64,000 nt of DNA. Origin: Thermoplasmata archaeon (lineage in GTDB: Archaea > Thermoplasmatota > Thermoplasmata > Lutacidiplasmatales > UBA184). Numbering within the stretch: position 1 is the stretch's first letter; each line of letters starts with the position of its first letter. The stretch spans positions 55,300 through 119,299 of the forward strand of contig JAKIWL010000003.1 in NCBI GenBank assembly GCA_022750055.1, given 5' to 3'. The notes below the pieces were generated by a model. That model made no database searches, was not told the DNA's origin, and worked only from the letters and a program-made list of their open reading frames with translations. A program made the translations under genes and the position numbers. Shown here piece by piece: positions 17,457 through 26,778 of the stretch.

Positions 17457-18578
17457 ATGAGCGGGAGTCCCTCGTCCCTCGAGCGCGCCGCCGCCCGCAC
17501 CTTGGTCAAAAATTACCTCCACGTCCAGCCCGGCGAGAACGTGATCGTCGAATCCTGGACACACACGCTCCCCATGGCGTCGGCGATGGTCGACGAGGTC
17601 CGCCGAGTCGGCGCGGGTGCCTCACTGACATACGAGAACGATGACGCCTGGTGGCGCACGGTGGAACGGAAGCAGACCAAGCTCCTCGGCCGCTTGACCG
17701 ATCCGGATTGGGCCGCGCTCAAGGCGGCGGACGCCTACGTGATGTTCTGGGGCCCGGGGGACTCGGCCCGGGTAGAGGAGACCCCCGTAAAGAACATGGA
17801 CGAGACCGCGAACTGGTTCGACCGCTGGTACAGGGTCGCGCAATCGACCGGCTTGCGCGGGTTGCGGATGGACATGGGGTTCGTGACGGACACCCGGGCC
17901 CGTCAATGGGGGGTCCGCACGAAGACGTGGACCAACAGGCTACTAGAGGGATGCCTCGTCGACCCGAAGGAGTTGGCAGCGAACGGCAAACGCCTCTCCC
18001 GCTCATTCAGCGGGACGAAGAAGGTCCGGATCACCCACCCCAATGGGACCGACGTCGAGGTGGCCCTGGCCGGGGTGCCCGCCCGAATCTTCGAGGGTTA
18101 CCCCCACCCCAGGGACAAGGCCTACGGCCCGTACGACATGATGGCGAACGTCCCCGCGGGGAAGTTCCTCGTCGCGCTGGACGCCAAGACCGCCGAAGGG
18201 AGGATCGTTTCGACCCACCCCAGCTACGACCTCACCTGGTACCCATGGCAGAGGTATTCGGGAGGCACCTTCGAGTTCTCCGAGGGCAAGCTTGCCTCGT
18301 TCTCGTTCGAGCACGGAGAGGCCGAGTTCGCCAAGCACTACGCCCAGGGCACGCCGGGGAAGGAACGGACCGGCCAGCTCGAAATCGGACTTAACCCGAA
18401 GATCAAGGACGTCCCGTATGCGGACGACAAGGAGCGCGGCCGCATCCGCTTGAGGGTGGGGGGGAACGAGTATTCGGGGGGGAGCAACCCCTCGGACTTC
18501 ACCGGATGCATCTCCCTTGCGGGTTCGGAGATCATCGTCGACGGGACCTCGGTTATCCGCGCGGGAAAGATCCTGTAG
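17457..18578 (+). CDS. aminopeptidase, peptidase M29 (AmpS/aminopeptidase T-like) family
   Basis: 373 aa. The N-terminus LVKNYLHVQPGENVIVESW and the overall pattern are typical of M29 thermophilic metalloaminopeptidases. Assignment is by pattern memory only. Confidence 0.6.
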   Translation: MSGSPSSLERAAARTLVKNYLHVQPGENVIVESWTHTLPMASAMVDEVRRVGAGASLTYENDDAWWRTVERKQTKLLGRLTDPDWAALKAADAYVMFWGPGDSARVEETPVKNMDETANWFDRWYRVAQSTGLRGLRMDMGFVTDTRARQWGVRTKTWTNRLLEGCLVDPKELAANGKRLSRSFSGTKKVRITHPNGTDVEVALAGVPARIFEGYPHPRDKAYGPYDMMANVPAGKFLVALDAKTAEGRIVSTHPSYDLTWYPWQRYSGGTFEFSEGKLASFSFEHGEAEFAKHYAQGTPGKERTGQLEIGLNPKIKDVPYADDKERGRIRLRVGGNEYSGGSNPSDFTGCISLAGSEIIVDGTSVIRAGKIL

Positions 18579-18810
18579 GTCCGCGAGATTCGTCCGCGCG
18601 GCGGGGTCCTCCCCCGAGGTCCCCCGGCGCCGGCCGCCGTCGAAGAGGCAGGAACCCCAACGCGCCAGCACGTCCCAGGCTGCGGTGGAGAACGGACCCT
18701 CGATTCAGTCGCGACGTATCGTCGCAGATCATGAGCGGGAGCTACAGCGCACCAAGGCCCGGGTCGCTACTGCAGGCCTCGCGTTGCAGGGTTTAGAGAC
18801 ACCCTGCCCC

Positions 18811-18825
18811 CGATGTTTAACACGG
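18811..18825 (+). promoter_or_regulatory. 15-mer CGATGTTTAACACGG, copy 2, inside an AT-rich promoter-like region upstream of the RHH gene
   Basis: Identical to 17277..17291 and contains a TTTAAC TATA-like core. It is followed by the unusually AT-rich ACACAATATCTAAATAATCGTTGAATTCTGTTAAACGTC before ATG 18867. A hairpin GCAGGG-TTTAGAGACAC-CCTGC lies just upstream. Confidence 0.4.
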
Positions 18826-18866
18826 AGACACAATATCTAAATAATCGTTGAATTCTGTTAAACGTC

Positions 18867-19265
18867 ATGCGCTTTGCCCGAGGCTCGAGACCCGCCGACC
18901 GATTCCTTGGCGTCCGACTGACGCACGAGGAACTCGAGCAGCTCGACCGCCATGGCGGCGCGATCGGTTCGTCCAACCGGTCGGAGACGGTTCGCGCGTT
19001 GGTCCGCGGCGCCCAAGGACCCACGCACGACCAGGTGGAGCTCCCCCCGAGCCTTCGGGAGCAGCTCAACGTTCTCGTCGAGGATGGATGGGCGCCGGAC
19101 GAGGGGGCCGCGTTGACAGCGGTGCTGACGCTGGGCCTCCAGGAGTTCGCCCGGACCCACGCCGAACGGATCCCGAACCTTCGCCAGGCGGCTCGGGACG
19201 GAGCAGAACGCCGGAAGGCCCGGAGGGCGGCCGACCGCGAGGGGCGGGGACTCCTCGACCGATAG
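18867..19265 (+). CDS. ribbon-helix-helix (CopG-like) DNA-binding protein
   Basis: FLGVRLTHEELEQLDR…GSSNRSETVRALVRG is a canonical RHH. A second RHH-like unit is PPSLREQLNVLVEDG…ALTAVLTLGLQEF. Confidence 0.55.
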   Translation: MRFARGSRPADRFLGVRLTHEELEQLDRHGGAIGSSNRSETVRALVRGAQGPTHDQVELPPSLREQLNVLVEDGWAPDEGAALTAVLTLGLQEFARTHAERIPNLRQAARDGAERRKARRAADREGRGLLDR

Positions 19266-19388
19266 CCCTCAGAAAAACACGGGTGGTTGCATGGAGACCT
19301 TAGGGATAGCGTGGAGCGAACGGTGCGGGTTCATCTGCCGATTGTGCCGACAGGACGCCAAGCATAATGAGGTGCTTCACATCTCGTT

Positions 19389-20006
19389 TTGCCCCGTTCA
19401 TGGGCTGGCTTCACCGCTAGACCAGTTGCCGGGGAGACCGGAGGCTCGAGCGGTACGCGGCTTTACACACGCACCGGTGACCGGGGAGAGACCGGCCTCG
19501 CTGGTGGCGCCCGCGTACTGAAGGACTCGGCCCGGATCACCGCGTTCGGGACGTACGACGAGCTGGGCGCTTCGCTCGGCTTGGCGGAGGCCTTCCTGCC
19601 TCCGCCGGCCACCGCCCTCCGCGCCCTGCTCGTCCGGCTCCAGCACGAGATCTACATCGCCCAGAGCGAGCTCGCCGTCCCTCCAAGCAGCCCGCCCACG
19701 AAGCACCGGATCGAGGAACGGCACGTCCGCCGGCTCGAACTCGACATCGACCGGTACTCCGCCCGGCTCGAGCCGCTGCATTCCTTCGTTCTCCCGCGGG
19801 GCTCCCGGGCCGGCGCCCAGCTCCACGTCTGCCGGACCCTCGCGCGCCGGGCCGAGCGGAGCCTCTGGCGCCTGAATCGGGAATCCCCCTTGCGTCCCGC
19901 GATCCTCCAATGGTCGAATCGGTTGAGTGACCTTCTGTTCGCCCTCGCGCTCCACGTCAACCGCATCCAAAAGGTCGTCGAGCTGCCACCCAACTACTCG
20001 ACCTGA
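19389..20006 (+). CDS. pduO: ATP:cob(I)alamin adenosyltransferase, PduO/MMAB type
   Basis: RLYTRTGDRGETGLAGGARVLKDSARITAFGTYDELGASLGLA matches the family N-terminus (IYTKTGDKGETSL…RVEAYGTVDELNSxIG). The track start is TTG 19389, and the true start is uncertain. Confidence 0.75.
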   Translation: MPRSWAGFTARPVAGETGGSSGTRLYTRTGDRGETGLAGGARVLKDSARITAFGTYDELGASLGLAEAFLPPPATALRALLVRLQHEIYIAQSELAVPPSSPPTKHRIEERHVRRLELDIDRYSARLEPLHSFVLPRGSRAGAQLHVCRTLARRAERSLWRLNRESPLRPAILQWSNRLSDLLFALALHVNRIQKVVELPPNYST

Positions 20007-20030
20007 GGTCGCGCGCCCGAGAGGTGGTAG

Positions 20031-21227
20031 ATGGAGGTCGGAGTCGTTGGGAAACCGAACGTCGGCAAGTCGACGACGTTCAACGCGCTGACGCTGCTCG
20101 ACGTTCCCATGGCGCCGTACCCCTTCACCACGACCACACCGAACCGGGGCGTCGGGGCGGTTCGAGTCGCCTGCCCGCACGCCGAGAAGGGAGCGCCGTG
20201 CGACCCGGGGAACGCGAAGTGCTTGGACGGGGTCCGATGGGTGCCCGTGAACCTGGTGGACGTTCCTGGACTGGTACCCGGGGCCCATGAGGGGAAGGGA
20301 CTCGGCCACAAGTTCCTCGACGACCTGCGGGCCTCGGCGGGTTTTCTCCAGGTCGTCGACGCCTCGGGGGCCACGAACCCGGAGGGGGAGATCGTGGCAC
20401 CGGGTACTTCCGACCCGTCCGAGGAGGTCCATTGGCTCGAGCGGGAGCTCGTCGCCTGGGTCACGGAGATCCTCACGCGCGACTTTGCGAAGACGATGCG
20501 GTCGGTCGAGCTCGAGGGGGCCAAGGTCGAGGAGTTCCTCCAGGCCCGGCTCACGGGGCTGTCGATCACCCCGGCCGAAGTGAGTGCGGCCCTCCGGGCT
20601 GTACCCGTCGACCGGGACCGACCCTCTACCTGGACAGCATCGGATCGGGCGCGGCTCTCGGAGGCGCTGTTACGCGCCTCGAAGCCGCGCGTCGTGTCGG
20701 CCAACAAGTGCGACCGATCGACCCCCGAGGCGGTCGAGATGCTGTCGGAGCGATCGGCGCCCATCCCCGTCGTCCCCACCTGCGCCGAGGCGGAGCTGAC
20801 CCTTCGCCGGGCCTCGCGCGGAAACCTGGTCCGTTACCGGCCGGGGGACCCCACCTTCGAGGTCGCGCCGGGCGCCCCGCTGTCCGATCGCCAGGAGCGG
20901 GCGCTCGCAGAGGTCCGCGCCGTCATGAAACGATGGGGCTCGACCGGCGTACAGGCGGCCCTAGAGCGGTTGGTCTTCGGCGAGCTTCGCCAGATCTCGG
21001 TCTTTCCGGTCGAGGACGAGGCCCGGTGGGTCGATTCGCGGGGACGACGACTGCCCGACGTGCTGCTCGTCCCGGCGGGCACGACCGCCCACGCGATGGC
21101 CTATCGGGTGCACACGGACCTCGGGGAGAATTTCATCCGGGCCATCGATGGTCGCACCCACCGGGCGCTCGCCGCAGAGCATCCGCTATCGGACGGCGCG
21201 GTCATCCGGGTCGTCGCCCGGAAGTGA
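20031..21227 (+). CDS. Obg-like GTPase (YchF/OLA1-Ygr210 subfamily) with C-terminal TGS domain
   Basis: G1 motif VGKPNVGKSTTFNALT and a C-terminal TGS-like region PAGTTAHAMAYRVHTDLGENFIRAIDGRT…VIRVVA. Confidence 0.8.
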   Translation: MEVGVVGKPNVGKSTTFNALTLLDVPMAPYPFTTTTPNRGVGAVRVACPHAEKGAPCDPGNAKCLDGVRWVPVNLVDVPGLVPGAHEGKGLGHKFLDDLRASAGFLQVVDASGATNPEGEIVAPGTSDPSEEVHWLERELVAWVTEILTRDFAKTMRSVELEGAKVEEFLQARLTGLSITPAEVSAALRAVPVDRDRPSTWTASDRARLSEALLRASKPRVVSANKCDRSTPEAVEMLSERSAPIPVVPTCAEAELTLRRASRGNLVRYRPGDPTFEVAPGAPLSDRQERALAEVRAVMKRWGSTGVQAALERLVFGELRQISVFPVEDEARWVDSRGRRLPDVLLVPAGTTAHAMAYRVHTDLGENFIRAIDGRTHRALAAEHPLSDGAVIRVVARK

Positions 21228-22220
21228 TCGGCCCGAGACCGCGCCCGCTGTGGCCGGAGGGACGAGGCCCGCGCCGAGACGCGCGACCCGGACCACGAAC
21301 GGAACGCCCCCGGCTCGGGCGATCCTTCGGACCGCCTCGACCTCCCGGCCGGGGTGGGGGAGGACCACGATCGAACCGCCGGCCCCGGCTCCCGTGAGCT
21401 TGCCGCCGAAGCTCGCCGGGGCCGCCGCCTCGAGGAGTGCCTCGAGCCGGGGGTGGGAGACCCCAACCTCTCGAAGGAGACGTTGGTTCTCCGTCAGCAG
21501 CCGGCCGACCTCCTCGCGACGTTCCTCGCCGATCGCTTCGATCCCGGCGAGGGCCACGGTGCGGAAGCGCTCGAGCAGCCCGGGCCCGTCCGGCTCGCTC
21601 AATCGCCGGCTCACGGTCCGGACGGTCTCGGCCGTATTCCTTGGGATCCCGCTGTACGCGACGACCCACAGCCACCCCGGGTCGGACACGCGACGCACGG
21701 CCCAGGTCCGCTCCCCATCGGACACGCTCCAGAGGCTCGCCCCCGCCCCGGCGTTGAGGGCGACGTACCCTCCGGCGACCGTTGCAGACGTGTCTCCGGG
21801 ACTGCCGACGCCCTGCGCCCCGCGCTCCACTTCGAACGCCCGCTCCGCGAGATGAGCCCTCGACAGGCCGCCGGTCGCCGAGCCGAGGAGCGCAGCGATC
21901 GCGCTGCAGAACGCCGCGGAGGATCCTAGGCCGGCGGAGCGAGGCACTCGGGAGGTAACGGTGAGCGCGATCGGGGGTCGAGTTCCCCACAGACGATGCA
22001 ATCCCTCCTGGAAGTACGGGTTCTCCTCGGCGGATTGGGTGCTTCCATTCAGGGAGGGGCGGGGCGCGGCCCGCGCGCCGACTTGGACGTAGAGGTCGAT
22101 CGCGACGACCAGCTCGGGTCCGCCGTGCACGACCGCATGCTCCCCGAACACGATGCACTTGCCCGGCGAGCGAGCCGCCAATGGCAAGGATCCAGCCGGG
22201 ACGTCCTCCCCTTCGATCAT
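21186..22220 (-). CDS. mvk: mevalonate kinase (GHMP kinase family)
   Basis: KCIVFGEHAVVHGGPELVVAID and the GHMP motif PRSAGLGSSAA. ATGA start/stop overlap with trm56. Confidence 0.7.
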   Translation of the reverse strand: MIEGEDVPAGSLPLAARSPGKCIVFGEHAVVHGGPELVVAIDLYVQVGARAAPRPSLNGSTQSAEENPYFQEGLHRLWGTRPPIALTVTSRVPRSAGLGSSAAFCSAIAALLGSATGGLSRAHLAERAFEVERGAQGVGSPGDTSATVAGGYVALNAGAGASLWSVSDGERTWAVRRVSDPGWLWVVAYSGIPRNTAETVRTVSRRLSEPDGPGLLERFRTVALAGIEAIGEERREEVGRLLTENQRLLREVGVSHPRLEALLEAAAPASFGGKLTGAGAGGSIVVLPHPGREVEAVRRIARAGGVPFVVRVARLGAGLVPPATAGAVSGRSLPGDDPDDRAVR

Positions 22221-22756
22221 CCTACCGTCCGCACCCGCTTGCCGCGGGCGCTCGGAACGATCCTCTGTCGGGCTCCCTGCCAGGCCCGGGGTCCGGGGGA
22301 ACCCAGAAGGCGAGAGAGGAAGACCGCCAAGGCGGCCACTTCACTATGCGGTTGGTGGCCGATGGCGACGTTTTCAGACGCCATCGAGAACATCGGGGCA
22401 GGGACCTTCGCCCCGCCGACCACGACCAGGATCCTCGGCCTCCGGCGGAGCGAATCGATGACCCGCTCGACCGGTCGTCCGTACATCGTCAGGTGGACCG
22501 TCGTTCCGTCGAACTCTCGGACCGCGCGCTTCCAGTCCGAGCAGCCTTCGATCGCGAACCGTCCCCCCCAGCGTTGCGCCAAGGAGTGGATCCGGTCGGC
22601 GAGGGCGGGGTCCGGTGGGTTGAGCCACATCCGCTCCGCCCCGAACGCCCGGGCGGTAAGCGCGAGGTGGGTCGTGAGCCGTGGGTCTCGACCGGCCCGG
22701 TGCCCGAGGCGGAGCACCTCGACCGCGGGAGGACTACGATCCCGGCGGAGGGGCAT
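22217..22756 (-). CDS. trm56: tRNA (cytidine56-2'-O)-methyltransferase (aTrm56, SPOUT)
   Basis: VLRLGHRAGRDPRLTTHLALTARAFGAERMWL matches the Trm56 signature (VLRLGHRxxRDxRxTTHxxLxARAFGA). Confidence 0.65.
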   Translation of the reverse strand: MPLRRDRSPPAVEVLRLGHRAGRDPRLTTHLALTARAFGAERMWLNPPDPALADRIHSLAQRWGGRFAIEGCSDWKRAVREFDGTTVHLTMYGRPVERVIDSLRRRPRILVVVGGAKVPAPMFSMASENVAIGHQPHSEVAALAVFLSRLLGSPGPRAWQGARQRIVPSARGKRVRTVG

Positions 22757-23273
22757 GGAAACGTTCGATCCGGTGTCCTCGGTACTCGAGCTTGTCGGAG
22801 CGGCGTACGAGCCCCTTCAGCCGCGTCGGAGACATCTCGAGTTCCTCGGCGACGTCCGAGAAGAAGCGGCCGGTGTCGCCGACCGCGTCGAAGATGCGCT
22901 TCTCGAGCTTGGAGTAGTCCTTGTCAGACATGCTCGCGATCGACAGGATCTCGGAGACCTCGGCGAGAGGAGCGGAGGTGCTGATGTTGATCGTCGAGTA
23001 GTAAAAGTGGTAGCTCTTATCCGGCTGCCGCCGCCCTTCCCGCGCCACCCACCGGGTGTCGATCAGCTTGAGCTTCTCGAAGAACTGGAGGGCCTTGATC
23101 CCGTCCTTGCCGAACTCCTTTTCGACGTCCGCTTCCGTCAGCCACGTCTCCCCGAGGCGCTGCACGAGCTTCAGCTTCACCGGGGAATCCACGGCCCGCA
23201 GGATCGGGACGAGCTCGCTCACGTCGTTGACGACCTTGATCCGATGCATCGACGAGGCGACCGAGAATCCCAT
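22734..23273 (-). CDS. winged-helix DNA-binding protein, possibly TFE (TFIIE-alpha)-like; Lys-rich, compositionally distinct from neighbours
   Basis: ELVPILRAV…LTEADVEKEFG…ALQFFEKLKLIDTRWVAREGRRQPDKSYHFYYSTI resembles the TFE winged helix (…[20 protein letters not shown]…). There is no C-terminal zinc ribbon. It is abutted to nop10 in the conserved operon. Confidence 0.45.
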   Translation of the reverse strand: MGFSVASSMHRIKVVNDVSELVPILRAVDSPVKLKLVQRLGETWLTEADVEKEFGKDGIKALQFFEKLKLIDTRWVAREGRRQPDKSYHFYYSTINISTSAPLAEVSEILSIASMSDKDYSKLEKRIFDAVGDTGRFFSDVAEELEMSPTRLKGLVRRSDKLEYRGHRIERFHAPPPGS

Positions 23274-23456
23274 CTACGCTCCCCCGGGGGCCGCTCGGGC
23301 CTCGGCCATGAGGGCCCGCCGGTACTTCCCCCACCGGTCCTGGGGTGAGAATCGAGCGGGGTGGGGCGATCGGGTCGACGCCCCGCACGACGGGCAGGAA
23401 ACGTCCAACGAATACCGCTGACAGGCGAGACAGAATCGCAAGATGGACTCGTTCAT
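23274..23456 (-). CDS. nop10: H/ACA ribonucleoprotein complex subunit Nop10
   Basis: 60 aa. CLACQRYSLDVSCPSCGASTRSPHPARFSPQDRWGKYR matches the Nop10 zinc ribbon plus HPxRFSP motif. Confidence 0.85.
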   Translation of the reverse strand: MNESILRFCLACQRYSLDVSCPSCGASTRSPHPARFSPQDRWGKYRRALMAEARAAPGGA

Positions 23457-24229
23457 GCGCGAGCGAAGCTCCCCTGACCGCCGGCCTGTCGGATCGCGCC
23501 GAGCGCGGCCTCGGTCGCTCGCTTCAGGACCTCTTCCGCTTGTTTGTACTGGGTCCCAGAGACTTGGACCCGGTAGCGGGGCGCGCCGACGTATTGGACC
23601 TTCACCGACGTCGGGTCGGTCTTCTCGGCGGCGGCCAAGGCCTCGCGGATGTGCCCGACCCCGTCGGGGGAAGGGTCCGTGAGTTCGAGGACGCCGCGAA
23701 CCGCGATATGAGGCGGGACCAGGTTTTCCTCGGCGACCTTCAAAAAGGCCGAGACCCAGGGAACCTTGCCGTTCTCCGTGGCGAAGCGCTTCGGGTCCGC
23801 CGAGGCGACCTCAAACGCGGCGAACAGGCTCCCGTACTTTTCCACGAGGGAAGCCCCAAAGAGAGCGTAGGCCCCCTCGACGTCGCTCTTGAGCTGCTCC
23901 GCGACGACGGCGACCAGCCGGTTGGCACGCTGCTCGTTCTTCCAACCCTGGACCTTCTCCCGGCGCTGGTGGTCGTTGATCCGTTTGAGCGACAGGTCGA
24001 CCTGGTTCTTGACCGGGTCGATCCGCAGGACCCGGGCGACGATCTTCTGCCCTTCGCGGATGTGATCCCGGATGTACTTGACCCACCCGGTGGCCACTTC
24101 GGACAGATGGATGAACGCCTCCCGCCCACCGAACTCGTCGAGGGTCACGAACGCGCCGAAGTTGCGGATCGAGGTGACGGTCCCAACGACGAGTTCGCCT
24201 TCCTCCGGCAGTTCGCCTCGGAGCGGCAT
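23453..24229 (-). CDS. eif2a: translation initiation factor 2 alpha subunit (aIF-2alpha)
   Basis: S1 domain GELVVGTVTSIRNFGAFVTLDEFGGREAFIHLSEVATGWVKYIRDHIREGQKIVARVLRIDP. Start set at the internal ATG 24229 (MPLRGELPEEGELVV). The upstream extension of the track ORF overlaps rps27e in another frame. Confidence 0.85.
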   Translation of the reverse strand: MPLRGELPEEGELVVGTVTSIRNFGAFVTLDEFGGREAFIHLSEVATGWVKYIRDHIREGQKIVARVLRIDPVKNQVDLSLKRINDHQRREKVQGWKNEQRANRLVAVVAEQLKSDVEGAYALFGASLVEKYGSLFAAFEVASADPKRFATENGKVPWVSAFLKVAEENLVPPHIAVRGVLELTDPSPDGVGHIREALAAAEKTDPTSVKVQYVGAPRYRVQVSGTQYKQAEEVLKRATEAALGAIRQAGGQGSFARA

Positions 24230-24249
24230 CGGAGGAGCGGACTTGGCGC

Positions 24250-24426
24250 TCACGCGATCGTCTTCACCAGCTCGCCCCGGAGCTTGGCTTGGCCGCCTGT
24301 TGGGGTGGCGAGGGTGGCCCCGCAGACCGAACAGTTCACACCGGTCGACGGGCGGCTGAAGATCGTCTGCTCGCCGGAACAGTCCGGACACTTGACGACC
24401 CAGAACGGAGAAGGTGCGCGCGACAT
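24250..24426 (-). CDS. rps27e: 30S ribosomal protein S27e
   Basis: Hand translation of the minus strand gives MSRAPSPFWVVKCPDCSGEQTIFSRPSTGVNCSVCGATLATPTGGQAKLRGELVKTIA* (58 aa). The C4 zinc finger and EQxIF…PTGGKA signature are present. The ORF was too short to appear in the track. Confidence 0.8.
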   Translation of the reverse strand: MSRAPSPFWVVKCPDCSGEQTIFSRPSTGVNCSVCGATLATPTGGQAKLRGELVKTIA

Positions 24427-24436
24427 CGACTCGGTC

Positions 24437-24721
24437 CTATCGGTGCTCGACGAGCTCGAGTTGGCCCGCGCGCCAGCTCGCTGGCTGAACCGTGTACTTG
24501 CACTTCTTGCATCGGTACTTCAGATAGACCCGACGTACCGCCTTGGCGCGACCCTCAGGCTTGGGCCTGGGGAATCCGCCGTATCCCGACGTAGCCCGTC
24601 GGAACCGCCTCTGCCCCCACTTCAGCTCGGAGGCCGGCCGCTTCTTCCCCTTCTCGACATCATGGGCGGTGTGCGTACGGCATTTGGGGCAGTACGTCGA
24701 CACGACCTTTGGATAATGCAT
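24437..24721 (-). CDS. rpl44e: 50S ribosomal protein L44e
   Basis: YCPKCRTHTAHDV…KKR…WGQRRFRR…CKKCKY matches the L44e zinc-ribbon signature. It lies 10 nt upstream of rps27e. Confidence 0.8.
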   Translation of the reverse strand: MHYPKVVSTYCPKCRTHTAHDVEKGKKRPASELKWGQRRFRRATSGYGGFPRPKPEGRAKAVRRVYLKYRCKKCKYTVQPASWRAGQLELVEHR

Positions 24722-24884
24722 CGCCTCGCGGCGAGGCGCGATTCCTATTTACGCCTTGTTCCGCACCGATGGGCCTCGTTTTCTGCCTCCCGCTCGGCGA
24801 AGGGTCATACGCTCCGGGTCACGCGCCCGGTCCGTCAACCTTTAAGTAGCATGGCCAATTCGCCGCCCCCACGAGAGTCCATCG

Positions 24885-25523
24885 ATGGCTGACCGCACTC
24901 CGCTCGACGCCGTGAACGAGGCCCTCCAGGGCGCGCCCGAACGGAAGTTCCCGGAAACCGTCGAGGTCTCGATCAACCTGAAGGAACTCGACCTCTCGGT
25001 CCCGAAGAACCGTATCGAGGACGACGTTCCGCTTCCGAACGGACGGGGTCGCAACGTCAAGATCGCCCTGTTCGGCACCCCCGAGATGTGTCAAAAGGTC
25101 CAGAATGTGGCGGACCTCGTCTTCGTCCCCGCCCAGCTCGACGACCTTCTCAAGGACAAGCGCGCTGCGAAGAAGCTCGTCGAGGAGGTGGATTTCTTCC
25201 TCGCCGAGGCCCCATTGATGCCGACCATCGGAAAGCGGCTGGGAGTCGTCCTAGGGCCACGCGGCAAGATGCCGAAGCCCGTCGCGCCCGGAAGCGATCC
25301 GACGAACCTGATCCAGGCGCTCAAGCGGTCGATCCGCATCCGATCGAAGGGCAATCGCACGTTCCACGCGCCCGTCGGCATCCGGACGATGCCTCCGCTG
25401 CAGATCGCCCAGAACGTGGACGCCGTACTCGCGAGGGTCCTCGGCAAGCTCGAGCGGGGACGGAACAACATCGATTCGGTCTACGTCAAGACGACGATGG
25501 GACCGGCGGTCCGGATCTGGTGA
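24885..25523 (+). CDS. rpl1: 50S ribosomal protein L1
   Basis: 212-aa protein with L1-family features (…[13 protein letters not shown]…[12 protein letters not shown]…[12 protein letters not shown]…). Confidence 0.9.
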   Translation: MADRTPLDAVNEALQGAPERKFPETVEVSINLKELDLSVPKNRIEDDVPLPNGRGRNVKIALFGTPEMCQKVQNVADLVFVPAQLDDLLKDKRAAKKLVEEVDFFLAEAPLMPTIGKRLGVVLGPRGKMPKPVAPGSDPTNLIQALKRSIRIRSKGNRTFHAPVGIRTMPPLQIAQNVDAVLARVLGKLERGRNNIDSVYVKTTMGPAVRIW

Positions 25524-25531
25524 GAGGGCCG

Positions 25532-26392
25532 ATGCCGGGACGGGAGTCGGTACGCCCGGAGCGGCTGGAGTCCGTCGCCCGATTGAAACGCACCCTCGTG
25601 GCCGCCCCCATGACGGCGCTCGTGGGAATTCGCGGCGTTCCGGCGTCCGCCTTGCAACGCATGCGGCGAGAGCTGCGGGAGCGGGGCCACCCAATCGCCG
25701 TCTCAACGAACACACAACTCCGACACGCGATCGAGGAAGCGAGCGAGCAACGCCCCGCGTTGAGGCCGCTGCTGGAACATGTCGTCGACCAGACGGCGGT
25801 GTTGACGGCCCAGGGGAATCCCTTCTCGTTGGCAGGCGAGTTTGCCCGAACCCGCTCCCCGACGCCGGCCCGAGGGGGCGAGGTGGCCCCGAAGGACATC
25901 CTGGTGCCCGCCCAGACCACGAGCTTCAAGCCCGGGCCGATCGTCGGCGAATTGCAACACGCCGGCTTTCCCGCGGCCATCGAAAAGGGGAAGGTGGTCC
26001 TGAAGCGGGACATCATGATCGTGAAGTCGGGGGCGACGATCTCCAGGGAGGTCGCCGGGATGTTGACCCGTCTGGAGATCTTTCCGCTCGAGGTTGGCCT
26101 CGAGCTTCGGGCTCTCCTCGACGGCGACACGTTCTACCAACCGCAGGTCTTGTCGGTCGACCTCGACGCGCGGCGGGCCGACCTGTCTCGGGCCCATCAC
26201 CAGGCGCTCGCCCTCGCGATGGAGATCGGCTACACGACCCCGGCCACGATCCCGCTCCTGCTCGCCAAGGCGCACCGCCGGGCCATCGCGCTGGCGGTCG
26301 GCGCTGGCTACCCGACGAAGGCGACCCTTCCGGCCTTGCTCGCGCGCGGTCTGAGAGAGGCCGCCGCGCTTCAGAACCTCACGGGTGCCTAA
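25532..26392 (+). CDS. rpl10: 50S ribosomal protein L10 (acidic ribosomal protein P0 homolog)
   Basis: Start ATG 25532 ([23 protein letters not shown]…), 9 nt after the L1 stop. L10/P0 N-terminal domain pattern. It lacks the acidic tail shared with L12. Confidence 0.85.
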   Translation: MPGRESVRPERLESVARLKRTLVAAPMTALVGIRGVPASALQRMRRELRERGHPIAVSTNTQLRHAIEEASEQRPALRPLLEHVVDQTAVLTAQGNPFSLAGEFARTRSPTPARGGEVAPKDILVPAQTTSFKPGPIVGELQHAGFPAAIEKGKVVLKRDIMIVKSGATISREVAGMLTRLEIFPLEVGLELRALLDGDTFYQPQVLSVDLDARRADLSRAHHQALALAMEIGYTTPATIPLLLAKAHRRAIALAVGAGYPTKATLPALLARGLREAAALQNLTGA

Positions 26393-26424
26393 GGTCCGTC
26401 ACCAACCAAACGGAGGAAACACAA

Positions 26425-26739
26425 ATGGAGTATGTCTACAGCGCGTTGTTGCTCAACGCCGCCGGAAAGCCGATCGATGAGAAGGGACTTTCGAACGTCC
26501 TCACCGCCGCGGGGATCCCCCCCGATGCGGCGCGGGTGAAGGCGCTCCTGGCCTCGTTGGAGGGAGTCAACATCGCTGACGTCCTCGCCAAGGCCGAGAC
26601 GTTCAGCACTCCCGCCAGCGCTCCCGCCCCGACCGACAAGAAGGAAGGGAAGGGCGAGAAGAAGGAAGAGGAGAAGAAGGAAGAGAAAGGCGTCTCCGAA
26701 GAGGAGGCCGCCGAGGGCCTGTCCGCGCTCTTCGGGTAA
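26425..26739 (+). CDS. rpl12: 50S ribosomal protein L12 (P1 stalk protein)
   Basis: [31 protein letters not shown]…[23 protein letters not shown]. The acidic/Lys-rich hinge and GLSALFG tail are characteristic. Confidence 0.85.
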   Translation: MEYVYSALLLNAAGKPIDEKGLSNVLTAAGIPPDAARVKALLASLEGVNIADVLAKAETFSTPASAPAPTDKKEGKGEKKEEEKKEEKGVSEEEAAEGLSALFG

Positions 26740-26778
26740 TCCGGGGCGCTTCGTTTAAGACGCTCGTCCGGGTAGGCA

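Noticed and set aside
17003-17509. 168-aa minus-strand ORF in the arrestin/aminopeptidase intergenic region
   Set aside because: The translation is low-complexity Arg-rich. The region is better explained as a 337-nt divergent promoter or regulatory spacer containing the 15-mer repeat.
21996-23348. 450-aa plus-strand ORF
   Set aside because: Antisense to trm56, the wH protein and nop10, which are supported by motifs and operon structure.
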